Part shown: positions 59,647 to 61,650 of the stretch, in pieces
How the letters are laid out: each line of letters starts with the position of its first letter
Position numbering within the stretch: position 1 is the stretch's first letter
DNA from: Chitinophagaceae bacterium
Lineage (GTDB): Bacteria; Bacteroidota; Bacteroidia; Chitinophagales; Chitinophagaceae
Assembly (NCBI GenBank): GCA_031378605.1
Contig: JANNEK010000009.1
Coordinates: 1 to 61,650 of the forward strand
Reading direction: 5' to 3'
Length of the DNA stretch: 61,650 nucleotides
The notes under the pieces: generated by a model
The model's database searches: none
Told to the model about the DNA's origin: nothing
Seen by the model: only the letters and a program-made list of their open reading frames with translations
Program-made: the position numbers and the translations under genes

Positions 59647-61011
59647 ATGATCAACCGACTACCAGCGAATCGATTACTTGTTAATTTCTCATTGTCTATT
59701 CTTCTTTTTACGCTGTTCGCTTCCGTTAGTTCCTGCTCTGTACAACATCAACTTAGCCTTAGTGCTAAAAAAATACTGCTTTCCGATTCATCGTTAAAAC
59801 ATGCACATATCGGCATATCAGTTTACGACCCATCTTCAAATAAATATTTATATAATTACAATGGAGAAAATTATTTTGTACCTGCTTCCAACATAAAAAT
59901 TGTTACCTGTTATGTGGCAATGAAATACTTGGGAGATAGTTTACCGGGAATAAAATACAGGGAAACTGAGAAAGGAATCGAATTATTTCCTACGGGGGAT
60001 CCTTCATTGCTGCATGCTGATTTTATTAAACAACCTGTTATTGATTTTCTCAAAAAACAAGAGAAAGCAATTTTTATAAGTGATAAAAATTGGCAAACGG
60101 ATGCATTGGGGGCAGGGTGGAGCTGGGGCGATTATAACTATTATTATAGTGCTGAGCGAAGTGCATTACCTGTTTATGGAAATATACTTACCTGGATGCA
60201 GGAGCGCGCAGACAGTACCCATTTCGATCAATCGGCGTTTATTTATTCGATGCCCGAGGTGAATTGGAAAGTTCGCTTTAATCCCGATACTACATCCACA
60301 AATTTTTATGTACAAAGAGAAATAAACGAGAATGTATATATTATTACCGAAGGCAAAGAAAATAAGAAAGTACAGGAAGTGCCTTTTGTAACGAACGGAA
60401 TTCAATCGGCGCTGGAATTATTAAAAGATACACTCGGTAAAGAAATTTCAAAAATGGAAGGTCTGCTAACTCCCGGCTCCCGGCTCACTACTATTTTTTC
60501 CCAACCAACAGATGCTCTTCTAAAACCTATGATGCATCGAAGCGATAACTTTTTTGCAGAGCAGTTACTGCTGATGGTTAGTAATGAAAAATTGGGGTTG
60601 ATGAATGAGGATAAAATAATTGATACACTTTTAAAAACATCATTGAGTGATCTCCCTCAAAAACCTGGCTGGGCGGATGGAAGTGGCTTGAGCAGGTATA
60701 ATTTATTTACCCCGCAGGATTTTGTAATAATTCTGAATAAGATGCAGAATGAATTTGGAATGGAACGGATAAAAAAAATATTTTCAACCGGTGGTATCGG
60801 AACCCTGGGTAAGTATTACAAAGAGGATAGCGGGTTTATATATGCCAAAACAGGATCTTTAAGTGGTGTAATAGCTTTAAGCGGTTACTTATATACCCAA
60901 AAGGGGAAATTACTTTTATTTTCTGTGTTAATTAATAATCATCGTACTTCTTCAACAAGTGCCCGAATATCGATTGAACAGTTTTTAAGGAGAATTCGCG
61001 CGGGGAATTAA
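59647..61011 (+). CDS. dacB: D-Ala-D-Ala carboxypeptidase/endopeptidase (peptidase S13)
   Basis: PASNIK (SxxK), SDN, DGSGLSRYN, AKTGSL. Confidence 0.92.
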   Translation: MINRLPANRLLVNFSLSILLFTLFASVSSCSVQHQLSLSAKKILLSDSSLKHAHIGISVYDPSSNKYLYNYNGENYFVPASNIKIVTCYVAMKYLGDSLPGIKYRETEKGIELFPTGDPSLLHADFIKQPVIDFLKKQEKAIFISDKNWQTDALGAGWSWGDYNYYYSAERSALPVYGNILTWMQERADSTHFDQSAFIYSMPEVNWKVRFNPDTTSTNFYVQREINENVYIITEGKENKKVQEVPFVTNGIQSALELLKDTLGKEISKMEGLLTPGSRLTTIFSQPTDALLKPMMHRSDNFFAEQLLLMVSNEKLGLMNEDKIIDTLLKTSLSDLPQKPGWADGSGLSRYNLFTPQDFVIILNKMQNEFGMERIKKIFSTGGIGTLGKYYKEDSGFIYAKTGSLSGVIALSGYLYTQKGKLLLFSVLINNHRTSSTSARISIEQFLRRIRAGN

Positions 61012-61136
61012 AAAAATAGCGTCGATTACCCAACCTTTGTCTTCTTTTCGGCGATATGTACTACAACAGGTATATCATGAGATAGATATTGATTCCAACA
61101 ATATTTCAAAATCGATAATTATTAAAGCAGCAATAA

Positions 61137-61650
61137 GGCAAACCGAATAAAGATTCAATAAAAAATAAAAACTATTTCTTTTCTGGTGGACTCGCTTTGA
61201 ATCAACAACTACCATTTGCAGGACAAAATTTCACTACCTATAGCGCGCTGGGGCGTAAAGGAAATTTGGCTGATTATATTCCTTCTCTCTATATTCGGTT
61301 TAATGGAAGAGATAAATGGTTTATTCAGGGCGAATTCAGGTATGAGGGCCCTCAATACACTAAACAATTTGTATATGCGCAAAACTTTTTAAAGGACACT
61401 ATCTCCAATACAACTACGATTACATCTGTTCAACTCAAAAAAACTTTTTATCATCAGTTGCCAGTAAGCTTTAATTATTATGTATTACCAAACTGGTCGG
61501 TAGGTGCCGGACTAACCTGGAATAGGTTTAGGGGGCCGTATCGGAACAGCAGGTTTTTAAGCGAAACTTAATTACGTTAAATTATAGTCTTATTCGTAAA
61601 TAGATTATCACCTATTCAGGAAACAGTGTTTTTTCAAGGTCTTTTTTTCA
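61137..61650 (+). pseudogene. Degenerate outer-membrane beta-barrel gene fragment
   Basis: Frame open from 61137 without ATG or signal peptide; beta-strand pattern (QGEFRY, YHQLPVSFNYY, WSVGAG); probable frameshift at the G5 run near 61531; runs to the window end. Confidence 0.55.

Noticed and set aside
1-61650. Remaining short ORFs overlapping longer genes; tRNA, rRNA, integrase or prophage genes
   Set aside because: The short ORFs are antisense or out-of-frame shadows of well-supported genes; no cloverleaf, rRNA or integrase signatures were seen by eye

Overview
AT-rich Bacteroidota chromosome segment, most like Chitinophagaceae (gldC, gldH, a T9SS cargo, a porG-like gene, TAnnTTTG promoters). 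About 55 CDS, mostly core functions (nadK, murA, gmk, tatC, rpiB, asnB, lysS, dusB, cdsA, psd, pheS, dacB). No rRNA, tRNA or CRISPR array is visible. Four things stand out. (1) A GxxExxY PD-(D/E)XK nuclease gene is tightly bracketed by 27-bp inverted repeats and sits inside a FAH/flavin-reductase operon; gene-less copies of the same ends lie at 2.5-2.8 kb and related ends at 26.3 and 54.9 kb, suggesting a minimal mobile cassette with non-autonomous derivatives. (2) The left edge carries a C39-like/VKOR/DsbA fusion, a divergent XRE regulator and a structured downstream element, probably the start of a disulfide-peptide locus that runs out of the window. (3) A decaying defence islet (52.6-57.1 kb) has intact darG, a darT frameshifted just before its catalytic Glu, an R-M relic, a ParE-type TA pair and orphan ORFs. 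(4) Several non-coding candidates: a structured 5'UTR before a deoxyhypusine/homospermidine synthase gene, a possible sRNA, a DnaA-box cluster, an IS5-like MITE and heptamer arrays. All product calls come from motif recognition by eye; no database searches were run.
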